In this document: positions 30,076 through 39,745 of the stretch, in pieces
Position numbering within the stretch: the stretch's first letter is position 1
How the letters are laid out: each line of letters opens with the position of its first letter
From: Kiritimatiellia bacterium
GTDB taxonomy: Bacteria; Verrucomicrobiota; Kiritimatiellia; RFP12; UBA1067
Reading direction: 5' to 3'
Assembly (NCBI GenBank): GCA_050949565.1
Contig: JBMNFY010000002.1
Location: forward strand, 33,367 to 97,366
DNA length: 64,000 nt
Notes under the pieces: generated by a model
What the model saw: the letters and a program-made list of their open reading frames with translations, nothing else
What the model was told of the DNA's origin: nothing
Databases searched by the model: none
Made by a program: the position numbers and the translations under genes

Positions 30076-32421
30076 ATGATCAAGATGAGAAACTCGCTTT
30101 TCGCATTCGCCGCGCTGTGTTCCGTTCATGCGCTGGCTGCGGTCACGATGTCCAAGGTTGCCGAATACGATTTCGCCGTGGATGGGTGCGGTGGTATCGC
30201 CTACGCTGGCGGGAACCAGTTCTATGTTCTTCGTGATCACGGTGCCAACGGATATGCCGAACTCTATCCGCTGACAATCGGCTACAACACGTCATCCGGT
30301 GCGATTACCTCGCAGACGCTTGGGACCGCCGTACAGCCGGGAATGCTGAAGGATGCGGAGGGCATCGCTTACGACCCCGGTAGCGGCGCGCTCTGGATCA
30401 GCGATGAGACGAAGCCCCCGACCATCGGCGAGTTCTATTCGAGCGGTTTCCAGACCGGACGTAACGCGCCGGTCCCCGCGATCCAAAACACGCACATGCG
30501 CGGGAACCTGTCGCTTGAAGCGCTGACCGTCTCCGGCGACGGACTCACCATGTGGACCGCCAATGAACAGGCGCTCACATGCGACGGGGATTCATCGAAC
30601 GGCAGCACGTCCATCCAGACCGTCGTCCGCCTGACGCGTTACGACCGCCCCGAAGTCACCGCCAACTGGACGCATACCGGACAGTGGGCGTACAAGTGCG
30701 ACCCGTGTGGAGGCTCGCTGTATTCAGAGAGTGGACTTTCGGGGCTTTGTGCTCTGCCGGATGGATCGGTTCTCGCACTCGAGCGCGAGGTCAGCGCCAT
30801 CAGCACATGGGGGCGTTGCCGCATTTACCGCGTGACGCCCGAGGCGTTGTCGTCGGTGACAGAGATCTCTGCGATTCCCGCGCTGACCAACGCCACTTAC
30901 ACGGCGGTCAACAAGGGAACATCGTTGATCAGTTTCAACTCCGGCAACATGTCAAAAATGATCGTCTACGAGGGGATTTGCCTCGGTCCTCGGCTGAGCG
31001 ACGGGGCACTGGCGGTGTATCTTGTGTCGGACGGCGGTGTGTCGAAGACGGTGGGGTTCTTTACCGCCACTACCGTGTCGCGACTCTGCGCGTTGAAACT
31101 CTCGGGACTTGATGTTGTTACCGTCAACTATCCGACACCTTCCGGCGGAACTGTGAAGCCGTCCGGTACCAACTACCGGTACCTGAACGGCACCGCGATC
31201 ACGTCGACGCTGACGCACGGCGTAACCGCACCGACGGCGTACACGAACAACGGCACGACTGTTGTTTCCGCATCTTGGTCTGCAGGCAGCGCCTCTGGTT
31301 CTGGCACACAGGCGGTCTTCTCCGTCACGGGCGACACCACGGTCAACTGGACACTTACCTCCTCGATCGCAGTGACCGAGATCGGCTCGCATGACTCCTT
31401 CGAGAGATTCGCGGTGGGGACGTCGGCGGGCAATATCGCCGCTTGGTCCGGCAGCGGGGTGGTCGAGGCGCTGACCTATGTTCCGCCGGTTCCACCGGGC
31501 TATCCCATGCCGCGCGAGACGCACACCAAGATCCTGAACACTTCGGGCTCGTCCGTGCGCACGCTCCCAGACAATATCTCCGGAAACCGTCATATCGACT
31601 TGATGATCGAGGTCCGCCGGTCGCAGGTCCTGCTCACCGATGCGACTACTCCTGCCCGGATTAAGCTGCGCGTTGATAGCGATGGCTGCTTCTGTCTCTG
31701 GCACCTTAAGCATGTCGATGACGTCTGGACAGCGGATTGGACGCGGGTTTCCGACAAGGTCTATGCAGATGGCGACTGGGTGCGGGTCGGGCTCGACTTG
31801 GAGGACTGTAACGGAGTTGGCTTCTGCCGCGTGAAACTGGACGGATCGGTCTGTCCGACTGCCGCCGGGGTCCGTTCGCCGGCCAACCTGATTCCCTGCG
31901 GCACTTGGTATCGGATCGCCTCGGGGACGGTTGCGGAGATTGCCCAACTCGAATTCACCGGTACGCGGGTGGATGATCTGCTCATTACGACGGATGCCTT
32001 CATCGCAGAGCATACAGGGCCGACATCGACGAACGGCATCGACTTCGCTTGGTTCGACGAAGCGGGGCTGCCGCGTGATCCGTCCGCGGCCGCACCGAAC
32101 TTGCCGGGGAAGACGGTTCAGTACATCTACGATTCGGGGGTGGCCCCGTACTCCGACAAGCCGCTTTCGATCACGCACATGGCGGTGGACGCGGACGGCA
32201 AGGTGCGCATGGAATTCAACGCCTACAAGGGCGACACCCCCGCAGCATATTATCGTGTGCTCCATTCCACGGATCTTGGCCAGTGGACACCGCTCGGCTT
32301 TTCGGCTGGTATGTTTATGGGCAACCATTCCACTTGGTCGAGTACGTGGGAGGGTGATGCGGCAAGTCCGATCTTGCTGAAGGAGTTCTTTAAAATCGAG
32401 GCGGTTCCTACCAGTGATTAA
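30076..32421 (+). CDS. Secreted esterase/phytase-like beta-propeller protein with C-terminal beta domains
   Basis: Signal peptide; DAEGIAYD, LWISDE, NLSLEALT, WTANEQAL, LALER, YEGICLG..LVSD motifs; C-terminal YRVLHSTDLGQWT...FFKI. Confidence 0.75.
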   Translation: MIKMRNSLFAFAALCSVHALAAVTMSKVAEYDFAVDGCGGIAYAGGNQFYVLRDHGANGYAELYPLTIGYNTSSGAITSQTLGTAVQPGMLKDAEGIAYDPGSGALWISDETKPPTIGEFYSSGFQTGRNAPVPAIQNTHMRGNLSLEALTVSGDGLTMWTANEQALTCDGDSSNGSTSIQTVVRLTRYDRPEVTANWTHTGQWAYKCDPCGGSLYSESGLSGLCALPDGSVLALEREVSAISTWGRCRIYRVTPEALSSVTEISAIPALTNATYTAVNKGTSLISFNSGNMSKMIVYEGICLGPRLSDGALAVYLVSDGGVSKTVGFFTATTVSRLCALKLSGLDVVTVNYPTPSGGTVKPSGTNYRYLNGTAITSTLTHGVTAPTAYTNNGTTVVSASWSAGSASGSGTQAVFSVTGDTTVNWTLTSSIAVTEIGSHDSFERFAVGTSAGNIAAWSGSGVVEALTYVPPVPPGYPMPRETHTKILNTSGSSVRTLPDNISGNRHIDLMIEVRRSQVLLTDATTPARIKLRVDSDGCFCLWHLKHVDDVWTADWTRVSDKVYADGDWVRVGLDLEDCNGVGFCRVKLDGSVCPTAAGVRSPANLIPCGTWYRIASGTVAEIAQLEFTGTRVDDLLITTDAFIAEHTGPTSTNGIDFAWFDEAGLPRDPSAAAPNLPGKTVQYIYDSGVAPYSDKPLSITHMAVDADGKVRMEFNAYKGDTPAAYYRVLHSTDLGQWTPLGFSAGMFMGNHSTWSSTWEGDAASPILLKEFFKIEAVPTSD

Positions 32422-34456
32422 CAGGGCTCTCAACATCCTCGTGCCGCTAGTCTGGGCGGTTGCTGCGCAGTGTGCGGCGGCTGACGTCACACGCACGCTG
32501 CAGGTTGAAGGTGAGGGCGGTAAGCCGGTCACCGCCACGACCACCCTGTTCCTCGAAGACCGCTTCACCGGCTTCACGCTCACCGACGCGGCCGGCGCGC
32601 CGCGCCCCTGCCACCTGCTCAATCGCGAGGGCAGCCGCATCAGCATCCATTTTGATGCCGTATCCGGCGAACGCCTCACATGCCGCCCCTCTGCCGAGAC
32701 GCCGCTGCCCGCGCCCGCCTCTACGCACCGTGCGGGTCTGCTGCATCTGGTGAAGCGGTATGACGGACGGGCCGTCAACACCGTCGCCGAATTTGAGGCG
32801 CTCTGGAAACAGGCCACTTTTGAAGGGGGGCGTTTTACCGAACAGATCTATGCGGCCTACAACCCGTTCGGCGCCAACACCAACGCGTTGCACTGGTATG
32901 AGGGCGGATTGATCTTGGCTAAAGGCGGCGCAGTCACCTTTTGCGTCGCGTCGACCGACGCCTCGTTTCTCTTGATCAACGGCGAGCAGGTTGTCGCGTG
33001 GCCCGGCAAGCATCCGGTGAAAGAGGGGCTCGACGGCAGTAAGCGCGGAACCGTGACGCTCGCGGCCGGTGTCCATCGGATTACCTTTTTGCACGCGAAT
33101 AGCGACGTGTCTTCCTTCGCGATTGCGGCGATGACGCTGCCCGGCGACAACCGGCATTTTGTAATCGGGCCGGAGTATTTCACGCGCGCCGCCTATGCGT
33201 ACGTCACGCCGCTTGTCGATGCTTCCGGCACGCGCCAAGCCGATTTCATCTGGGAAAACATCTACATGGTCAGGTTGCGCGGATATGCCGGCTACGATGT
33301 CCATTTCGAGGCAACCGCGCTCGACGGGGTCGGGGACGCCGCGTACGCTTGGGAGTTCGGCGACGGTACGCGCGGCAGCGGCCGCGTCACCAACCACCTT
33401 TACTTTGCCGAGGGTGAGGTGCCCGTCACGCTCACGGTCACGCTGCCCGATGGCGCACGGCGCGTCTGCCGCCAAACCCTGCGCATCGCACCCCGCTACG
33501 GCCAAAACGAAAACGACGACGCCCGCGCGCTCAGTCTGCTCAACCGCGCGGCACTGCAGGAACGCGAGGCCGGCATCCAGCCGCAGGGCTATGCGCTGAT
33601 CACGCTGGGCTATTTTTTCTTTCTGAAAGAGGCAGAAGCCGCTGCATTCGGCGAGCGTGTACTGGCTGCGTTGGACCGCATCCCAGAGGCGGACCTCGCG
33701 CCGGTGTTGCGAGAACTCGCCCTGGGCGTGCAGCAGGTCGACGAGCAGTACGAACTGGCCGAGCGCTGTTTCCGCGCGATCCTCGAGCGTGTCAAGGACC
33801 CCAAGGCGCGGGCCTCGGCCGCCCTGCACTTCGGCGGCATGCTGAACCTCTGCCTCAACCGGCCACAGGAAGCGCGCGAGGTTTTGAACGCCATTCGTCG
33901 CGAAGACCTGACCGACTGGGAACCGCGTCTGCTTGATATTTATTTGGCCGACACCGCGTTGGTGCTCGACGATCTTGCGACCGCCCAGAAGTTGTATGCC
34001 GCGATTCCGCGACAGACGCCGCTGCAGGCCGGTGCCGCGCTCGACAAGAAGGCGCTCTTCACCTACAATAGTCGTCACTTCCGCGTGCAGAACCTGTTGA
34101 GCCAGGGTCTCTTCCGTGAGAGCCTGCCCGAGGTGGACATGCTCGAATGGGAGTTGCCCGAGGAACGGGCTTCGCCGCGGATTAACCTGATGAAAGTGCA
34201 GGCGTTGGTCGGCAACGGCCAGCCACGCAAGGCGATCGTCTGCTTGCAGCGCGCGCTGCTGGCGGAGGTCGATGAAACGTACACGCCCAAGCTCAGGCTG
34301 GAACTGGCCAAGCTCTATCTGGGGCAGCGGCAATTCCAGCAGGCGCGGCATCAGATCGCCCTGATCCGCAAGGAGAGCCCTTGGACGCATGAAGAGATTG
34401 AGGCGCGCCGCTTGTTGGATGACATCGAGCGTGCGCTCACGGAGGTGACACCATGA
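32414..34456 (+). CDS. Secreted PA14-like/PKD/TPR protein
   Basis: Signal peptide; FCVASTDASFLLING..LAAGVHRI (PA14-like); YAWEFGDG (PKD); helical TPR-like C-terminus. Confidence 0.75.
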   Translation: MINRALNILVPLVWAVAAQCAAADVTRTLQVEGEGGKPVTATTTLFLEDRFTGFTLTDAAGAPRPCHLLNREGSRISIHFDAVSGERLTCRPSAETPLPAPASTHRAGLLHLVKRYDGRAVNTVAEFEALWKQATFEGGRFTEQIYAAYNPFGANTNALHWYEGGLILAKGGAVTFCVASTDASFLLINGEQVVAWPGKHPVKEGLDGSKRGTVTLAAGVHRITFLHANSDVSSFAIAAMTLPGDNRHFVIGPEYFTRAAYAYVTPLVDASGTRQADFIWENIYMVRLRGYAGYDVHFEATALDGVGDAAYAWEFGDGTRGSGRVTNHLYFAEGEVPVTLTVTLPDGARRVCRQTLRIAPRYGQNENDDARALSLLNRAALQEREAGIQPQGYALITLGYFFFLKEAEAAAFGERVLAALDRIPEADLAPVLRELALGVQQVDEQYELAERCFRAILERVKDPKARASAALHFGGMLNLCLNRPQEAREVLNAIRREDLTDWEPRLLDIYLADTALVLDDLATAQKLYAAIPRQTPLQAGAALDKKALFTYNSRHFRVQNLLSQGLFRESLPEVDMLEWELPEERASPRINLMKVQALVGNGQPRKAIVCLQRALLAEVDETYTPKLRLELAKLYLGQRQFQQARHQIALIRKESPWTHEEIEARRLLDDIERALTEVTP

Positions 34457-35979
34457 ATCAGCGTCTGACCTGCGGGCGGCTCGCTGCCGTCTCGCTCCTG
34501 TTGTTCGCGACAGCCGCGCATGCGGTTAGTGAAGATGACTTTCTTAAGCCGGTGGGTCTGCCGCCCAAGGCCAAGCCCCAGATGCGGCAGGGTGGCGAAG
34601 CTCTGCCCCCGCTGCCGTTGCCGGCCACACCGCTGCGGCGTTCCGAAAAAAAACGTCCTCCTAGCCCGTCCACTCTGATCGGCAAGGTGATCTGGGGCTC
34701 GTATCTGGATTACACATGGGAAAACGGGATGATCACCCGGGTCTTCGACTGGAACATGGTCCCGGCCGACTGCCAGTCGCTCCTGCGCGCCTGTTACAAG
34801 CACCTGAACATGGACTACAAGGTCGAGGCCACCCCGCTCGCCGGATTCAATGCCACACCTGCCGAGATTCCGGTGCTCTACTTCTCAGGCGGACGCTCGC
34901 TCAATTTCACCGACGCCGAACGCGAGACCCTGCGCCGCTATCTGCTCGCTGGCGGCATGGTCTGGTTCGACTCGGTTGTTGGCTCGCCGTACTTCTACAA
35001 ATCCGCGCTCACCGAACTCAGTCGCACGTTGCCCGAGGCGCAAATCCGCCGCCTACCTGAGGACCACCCGCTCCTGCACATGGTCGACGATACGGTCAAA
35101 CTTTCGACTAAGACCAAGCAGGAGATGCTCCCGGTGCTCGATGCGGTCCACATCGGGTCGCGCGTCGCTGCGGTGGTCTCGCCTTACGGACTGGGCGCCG
35201 GATGGGACAACACCGCACCCGAACTGATCAAGCAGGCCGACTATTACGACGCGCCTTCCGCGTTGCGTCTCGGCATGAATCTCGTCGCCTACGCCATGGG
35301 TTATTTCCGCGTCGGGCAGGCCCATGCCAAAGCGCAGGTCTACAGCGATGAAGACGCGCAGGCCAACGCCGACCCCGTCGTCTTTGCGCAAATCCGGACC
35401 AGCGGCGTCTGGAACACCGAACCCGGCGCAGCCAACAACCTGCTCCGCTTCATGAAAAAGAATCTGAGCGTTAAGGCCACCTACCTTACGCGCACCGTCA
35501 AGCTCGATACCGATCCCATCGCCGACTACAGCTTCCTGTACCTCTCCGGCATCAGCGATTTTCATTTTGACGAGGCCGAGGTCCGTGCGCTGCGCGGTTA
35601 TCTCGCGGGCGGGGGCTTTCTGATCATCGACAACTCACTGGGACTCGACGAGTTCGGGCGTGCCGTTTACCGCGAAATGAAAAAAGTCTTCCCGACGACC
35701 GACTTCAAGAAACTGCCGGCCGATCATGCGCTCTTCGCGCAAGGCCCCTTCACGCTCGACCGCGTGCGCTACACCCTGGCCACCCGCGCCAAGTTTCCAT
35801 CGCTCGTCGTGCCTGTGCTGGAAGGCATCCAGATTGACGGGCAGACACGCGTGATTTACAGCCCATTCGACATGGCGGCGGGCTGGCAGGGCGACGACCA
35901 TCCGCTCGCCTACGGCTATGAAAACGGCGATGCGCTACGCCTCGGCGCCAACTTGATTACCTTCTGCCTGACCCACTAA
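34453..35979 (+). CDS. Tandem DUF4159-domain protein
   Basis: Two copies of LYFSG...E..LRxYLxxGG..D...LPxDHxL...ALRLGxNL; ATGA-coupled to the upstream gene. Confidence 0.85.
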   Translation: MNQRLTCGRLAAVSLLLFATAAHAVSEDDFLKPVGLPPKAKPQMRQGGEALPPLPLPATPLRRSEKKRPPSPSTLIGKVIWGSYLDYTWENGMITRVFDWNMVPADCQSLLRACYKHLNMDYKVEATPLAGFNATPAEIPVLYFSGGRSLNFTDAERETLRRYLLAGGMVWFDSVVGSPYFYKSALTELSRTLPEAQIRRLPEDHPLLHMVDDTVKLSTKTKQEMLPVLDAVHIGSRVAAVVSPYGLGAGWDNTAPELIKQADYYDAPSALRLGMNLVAYAMGYFRVGQAHAKAQVYSDEDAQANADPVVFAQIRTSGVWNTEPGAANNLLRFMKKNLSVKATYLTRTVKLDTDPIADYSFLYLSGISDFHFDEAEVRALRGYLAGGGFLIIDNSLGLDEFGRAVYREMKKVFPTTDFKKLPADHALFAQGPFTLDRVRYTLATRAKFPSLVVPVLEGIQIDGQTRVIYSPFDMAAGWQGDDHPLAYGYENGDALRLGANLITFCLTH

Positions 35980-36158
35980 GCTACCCTTTATGAGTGCCGG
36001 AAGGGTGGAAAAACACGGGGAAAAGTGTCAACGCGGTGTTTTTGCTGATTTTCTGATGCTGCAAATTTTCTATTTTTACACTATACACTTTCTGCCCCGC
36101 TCTGCTATCATGGTATGCAAATGCGGTCGTAGATTCTTTTTTTGAAAGAGGGGTGTTT

Positions 36159-37340
36159 ATGAAGCACGTAAATGAGTGGATTTTTGTGGTCAGTATGGTG
36201 CTGTGTTGCTCGATTGCCCGGGCTCAGGGTGCATATGTTCTGACCAATGAGAATACGAGTGCCGAAGTCATCTTCACCAACTCTCTCGGGACAGCCACAA
36301 ATGAGGGGACGATGATCGTCTTCGAGGGACAGTTGGAGTCCAATTTTGAGGTGGATTATGCGAGAGACACTAACAGTAACTACGATCTTGCTTCGCTGCG
36401 ATTGCTCACCCAGATCAAGCTTTTCGACGAGTTGCCCGCCTCGAACGAGGTCGGCACTGCCCAAGGGGCGATCGCCGCGTTGCGGAGTGCGCCGGAATCC
36501 ACCACCGGCACGCTTTACGCATGGGGCTCCACCAACACCGCCACTCCCGTGATGGAGTGGGTGCCGTTGCTCCAGAAAGAGGGGGGAAATACTTTCTCGC
36601 TGACCGACGGCTCGACCAACTACATCACATTCGTTTTCAACTACACCCATAACCGTTATCAGGTCTTTGTCGGACCGCAGCCGAATACCCAGATTCCATC
36701 CGCAGCCGTGGCCAGTCTGAATATGGGCGGCAAGAATGGCATAGATGGCGTCAGCCTGATAGGGGTGGGTGGTCTTGAGCGCGTCGCCTCTGCCTCCGGC
36801 TCGATTACTCCGTTGTCCTCTTCGATCGGCTTCAGCGTCTACGCGACGGCCAACGGCATCCTGTTCATTCTGGATCCCGTCAATGAGCAGGGGGCCGGCT
36901 GGTTCACCGTCTACGCCAAAATAAACGGCGAATGGGTCGAAGTCGGCAAGATCCAGTCCGACGGTTCGGGCCACTACGAATTTCTCGCCTATCCCGGCTT
37001 GCTACAGGTCGGCCAGTCCTATGCGTTCCGTGTGATCGACGAGATTGGCGATCCTCATAATCTGGATTCGGTCGCGATCAAGACGATCAAGATGGAGAGC
37101 GTCGTGATGGAGCCCGATGTGATGGTTGTGACCTTCAACACCGAGGCGGGTAAGAGCTACCAGGTCATCAGCGCGGAGAGTCTGACCTCTAGCGAGTGGA
37201 CGGCAACCGTGATCCACTATCCGACCGACGGCGGATGGGGCTACGGCTCCGGGGCCTTTACGGCCGCCGGTACCACGACCACCGTGAAAATTCCGCGCAA
37301 TACGCAAAAGGCGTTCTTCAAGATCCGCAAGGTGGACTGA
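36159..37340 (+). CDS. Secreted hypothetical protein with the shared C-terminal domain
   Basis: Signal peptide MKHVNEWIFVVSMVLCCSIARA; C-terminus SYQVISAESLTSSEWT...KAFFKIRKVD. Confidence 0.7.
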   Translation: MKHVNEWIFVVSMVLCCSIARAQGAYVLTNENTSAEVIFTNSLGTATNEGTMIVFEGQLESNFEVDYARDTNSNYDLASLRLLTQIKLFDELPASNEVGTAQGAIAALRSAPESTTGTLYAWGSTNTATPVMEWVPLLQKEGGNTFSLTDGSTNYITFVFNYTHNRYQVFVGPQPNTQIPSAAVASLNMGGKNGIDGVSLIGVGGLERVASASGSITPLSSSIGFSVYATANGILFILDPVNEQGAGWFTVYAKINGEWVEVGKIQSDGSGHYEFLAYPGLLQVGQSYAFRVIDEIGDPHNLDSVAIKTIKMESVVMEPDVMVVTFNTEAGKSYQVISAESLTSSEWTATVIHYPTDGGWGYGSGAFTAAGTTTTVKIPRNTQKAFFKIRKVD

Positions 37341-37345
37341 GCGGC

Positions 37346-37687
37346 TCACTCGCCGTAGAAGATCAGGCGACGCCGCTCATAGACGCTGTTGAGGATCGAA
37401 AAGGTTTGAAGGTCGGCATACCGTATCTCGGTCATGCCGACCCGCTCCATCGCCTCCGCCACGGCGCGGTCCGTCCAAAGTACCGACAGATGCGCCTGTG
37501 TGAACGGCTCTTTGATCTGGGTGAGGTTGACCTTGCACGACTTCAGACCGCGCTGACGGCATCCCTCGTGATCGGGCATCGCGTACGGGCGCGTGCTGTA
37601 GGTGACTAGATACCCGTGCGGTGTCAAACAGCCGCACGTCCCTAGCAACGCTAGCGCCACAAGCCACACGTTGCGCTTACTGGCCAT
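37346..37687 (-). CDS. TRL-like small lipoprotein
   Basis: Lipobox LGTCGC; ..GMTEIRYAD..FSIL..YERRRLIFYGE C-terminus. Confidence 0.65.
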   Translation of the reverse strand: MASKRNVWLVALALLGTCGCLTPHGYLVTYSTRPYAMPDHEGCRQRGLKSCKVNLTQIKEPFTQAHLSVLWTDRAVAEAMERVGMTEIRYADLQTFSILNSVYERRRLIFYGE

Positions 37688-37979
37688 ACACCACCGTGGT
37701 GTGGCTCATATAAAGGCCGAACAGCACATTGAAGAACTCGTGGTCGGCATACTCCAGCGTCTTCAGCCCGCCGTTCTCGGCGGCCTTCTGCAAGCCCGCG
37801 TCACCCCAGGCAACCAGCCACGCCACCGAACGCGTTGTAGCCTCACCTGAACGAGTCACGGTCTGGGTGTTGCGGAACTCGCCGCTCATCGGCACACGCA
37901 CATTGGAGTAGACGCATCCCGAAACCAACAGCCACACACCTGCCGCAACCGCCCCCAGCACTGTTTTTCGTACCATCAT
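37677..37979 (-). CDS. TRL-like small lipoprotein
   Basis: GGAGG RBS; lipobox LVSGC; GEA...LVAWGDAGLQKAAENGG..YAD...NVLFGLY..TTVVYG. Confidence 0.8.
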   Translation of the reverse strand: MMVRKTVLGAVAAGVWLLVSGCVYSNVRVPMSGEFRNTQTVTRSGEATTRSVAWLVAWGDAGLQKAAENGGLKTLEYADHEFFNVLFGLYMSHTTVVYGQ

Positions 37980-38039
37980 TCCTCCCGTTCCCAATTTGAA
38001 CGTTGAGCGTTTAAAAATTTCCACTTCTACGTTCTGCGT

Positions 38040-39627
38040 TCACTCCAGCGGATCCACCCGCAGCGCCGCTTCGCGCCGACGCAGCCAGAAATCGCGGAAC
38101 GCCGCCTGAAACTTTTCCATCTCCACTTCGGCAAAGGCGATCTGCGTGGCCGCGTGTGGATCGTGCGACACGCTCAGTGCCACCAGATAGTCGCTCAGCA
38201 CCCGCGCATGCGGCGGGTCGCGCTCCAACGGTACACCCTTGTGCAGATAGTAGATCAACCCCCATGCCATGGCGTATTTCAGACGCCGTCCGGCCGATGT
38301 GCCGTCATAAAATGTTTCGTAATCGGTTTGTAGCAGCAAGGGAAGCAGCGTGACCGCTGTATCGAGGTTTTCCAGCAGGACCGGCGTCCGCGCCGGATCT
38401 TCAGGCAGCGTCACGCGGCCTTTGTTATCAACCTGTGCATGTTCGAACAGGCAGGCGTGCCCCTCGTTCAACCAAGGCGCGGCGCCCAGCATGCAAGTGG
38501 CGTGGGAGAGGTATTGATGAAAAGCCTCGTGACGGACGATCTGCATCATTGCCTCCCGGTTTGCCTGCTGGTAGAGCACCAGTTCACGCCGCGCCGGCAT
38601 CCACATCCCTGACGACCACGCATACGTTTCGCCAACATAGCGCACGTAGTCGTCGCGCCCCGCAAACAGCCGCAACAGCGCCACTTCCGGCTCATGCGTC
38701 AACGGCGGCACCAACCGCGCATAAGCACGGCGCAACGCCGGTAGCGTCTCCTTCAACTCGCGGATCAGTGACTTGCCCACTTCGGTGTGGACATCCGACA
38801 GAATGATGTACCCGTCGGTCTCGGCAAACCACCAGTCGTCATAATTCTCAACGCTCCGGCGCGCCTCGACGCGCACCGGGTGGTTGGGCTGGTCAGGCGC
38901 CTTCTCGCCGGCACGCAGCACTGAAACTTCCGTCGCCGCCACGCCCTTCTCTTTCTCCAGCCGCGAGGGCAAGGCCAACGCCGCCATGAAACTCTCTTCG
39001 AACGCTTTGCGCAGCACCGCCTCGTCCGGCGCACCGACGGCGTGCAACACCACTGCGAACCAGCCGGCCGATGGCGTATTGCCGACCCGTCGCGGCCGAA
39101 AGGCGTAGACCAGCGTGCCCGCTTCGCCGCACGGATAGGCAAGCACCTCTTCCAGCGCAAACCGATTGAGCTTGACCGACTCCGGTTCATAGACCGGGGC
39201 GCCTGCGAAGGTGGCCACCCACTCGTTGATCTGTGCGCGCTCACGCGGATCGACCTCATACGCCGCATCGCGCAGCCGCAGTCCGAAGCGGGCACGCGAC
39301 ACCAGTTCATCCTCGAACACCGGCAGGCGCTGCGCCACGCGCCCGAGGATCAGGCGGTTGCCGGCATCATCGCGCCAGCGTCCGCAACACTGGCTGGCGT
39401 ACCACAGTTCGTACGGGTCGAAACGGTCTTCGCGCGCCAACGCCTCGCCATCCGTCAGCAGAAAGGCGCGGGCGCGCGGCATCGGTAGTGGCTCGGAGAC
39501 GGCACGCGCCAGGCCAGGCATCATAAAGCCGAGGTTCGGATAGTTTTTCACCGGTCCGAACGCCACGTCCCGCCTGCACGGCCAACGCCGCCAACGCTGT
39601 GATTGCGTATGTCGCTCCGCGCTTCAT
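38040..39627 (-). CDS. Secreted DUF1570-like zincin (HEAFHQY); +1 frameshift near 39570 separates the signal peptide
   Basis: IVRHEAFHQYL..PWLNEGHACLFE..YAMAWGLIYYL; MKRGATYAITALAALAVQA (39627) joins DVAFGPVK if one G is removed. Confidence 0.8.
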
Positions 39628-39644
39628 GTCATCCTTTCTCCTAT

Positions 39645-39742
39645 GAGACTTGCAAACCCTTTGTTTGCAGGTGTGGCACGGGCATCTTGCCCGTGTTTCA
39701 TGGGCGAGACGCCCATGTCACGAGGGGTTTTGCAAGAGCCTC
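39645..39742. repeat. MITE-like element with an internal GTGG REP doublet (family A)
   Basis: Imperfect terminal inverted repeats GAGACTTGCAAACCCT / AGGGGTTTTGCAAGAGCCTC enclose GTGGCACGGGCATCTTGCCCGTG-TTT-CATGGGCGAGACGCCCATGTCAC; the core recurs at 51880, 52887 and 53334. Confidence 0.8.
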
Positions 39743-39745
39743 CTG

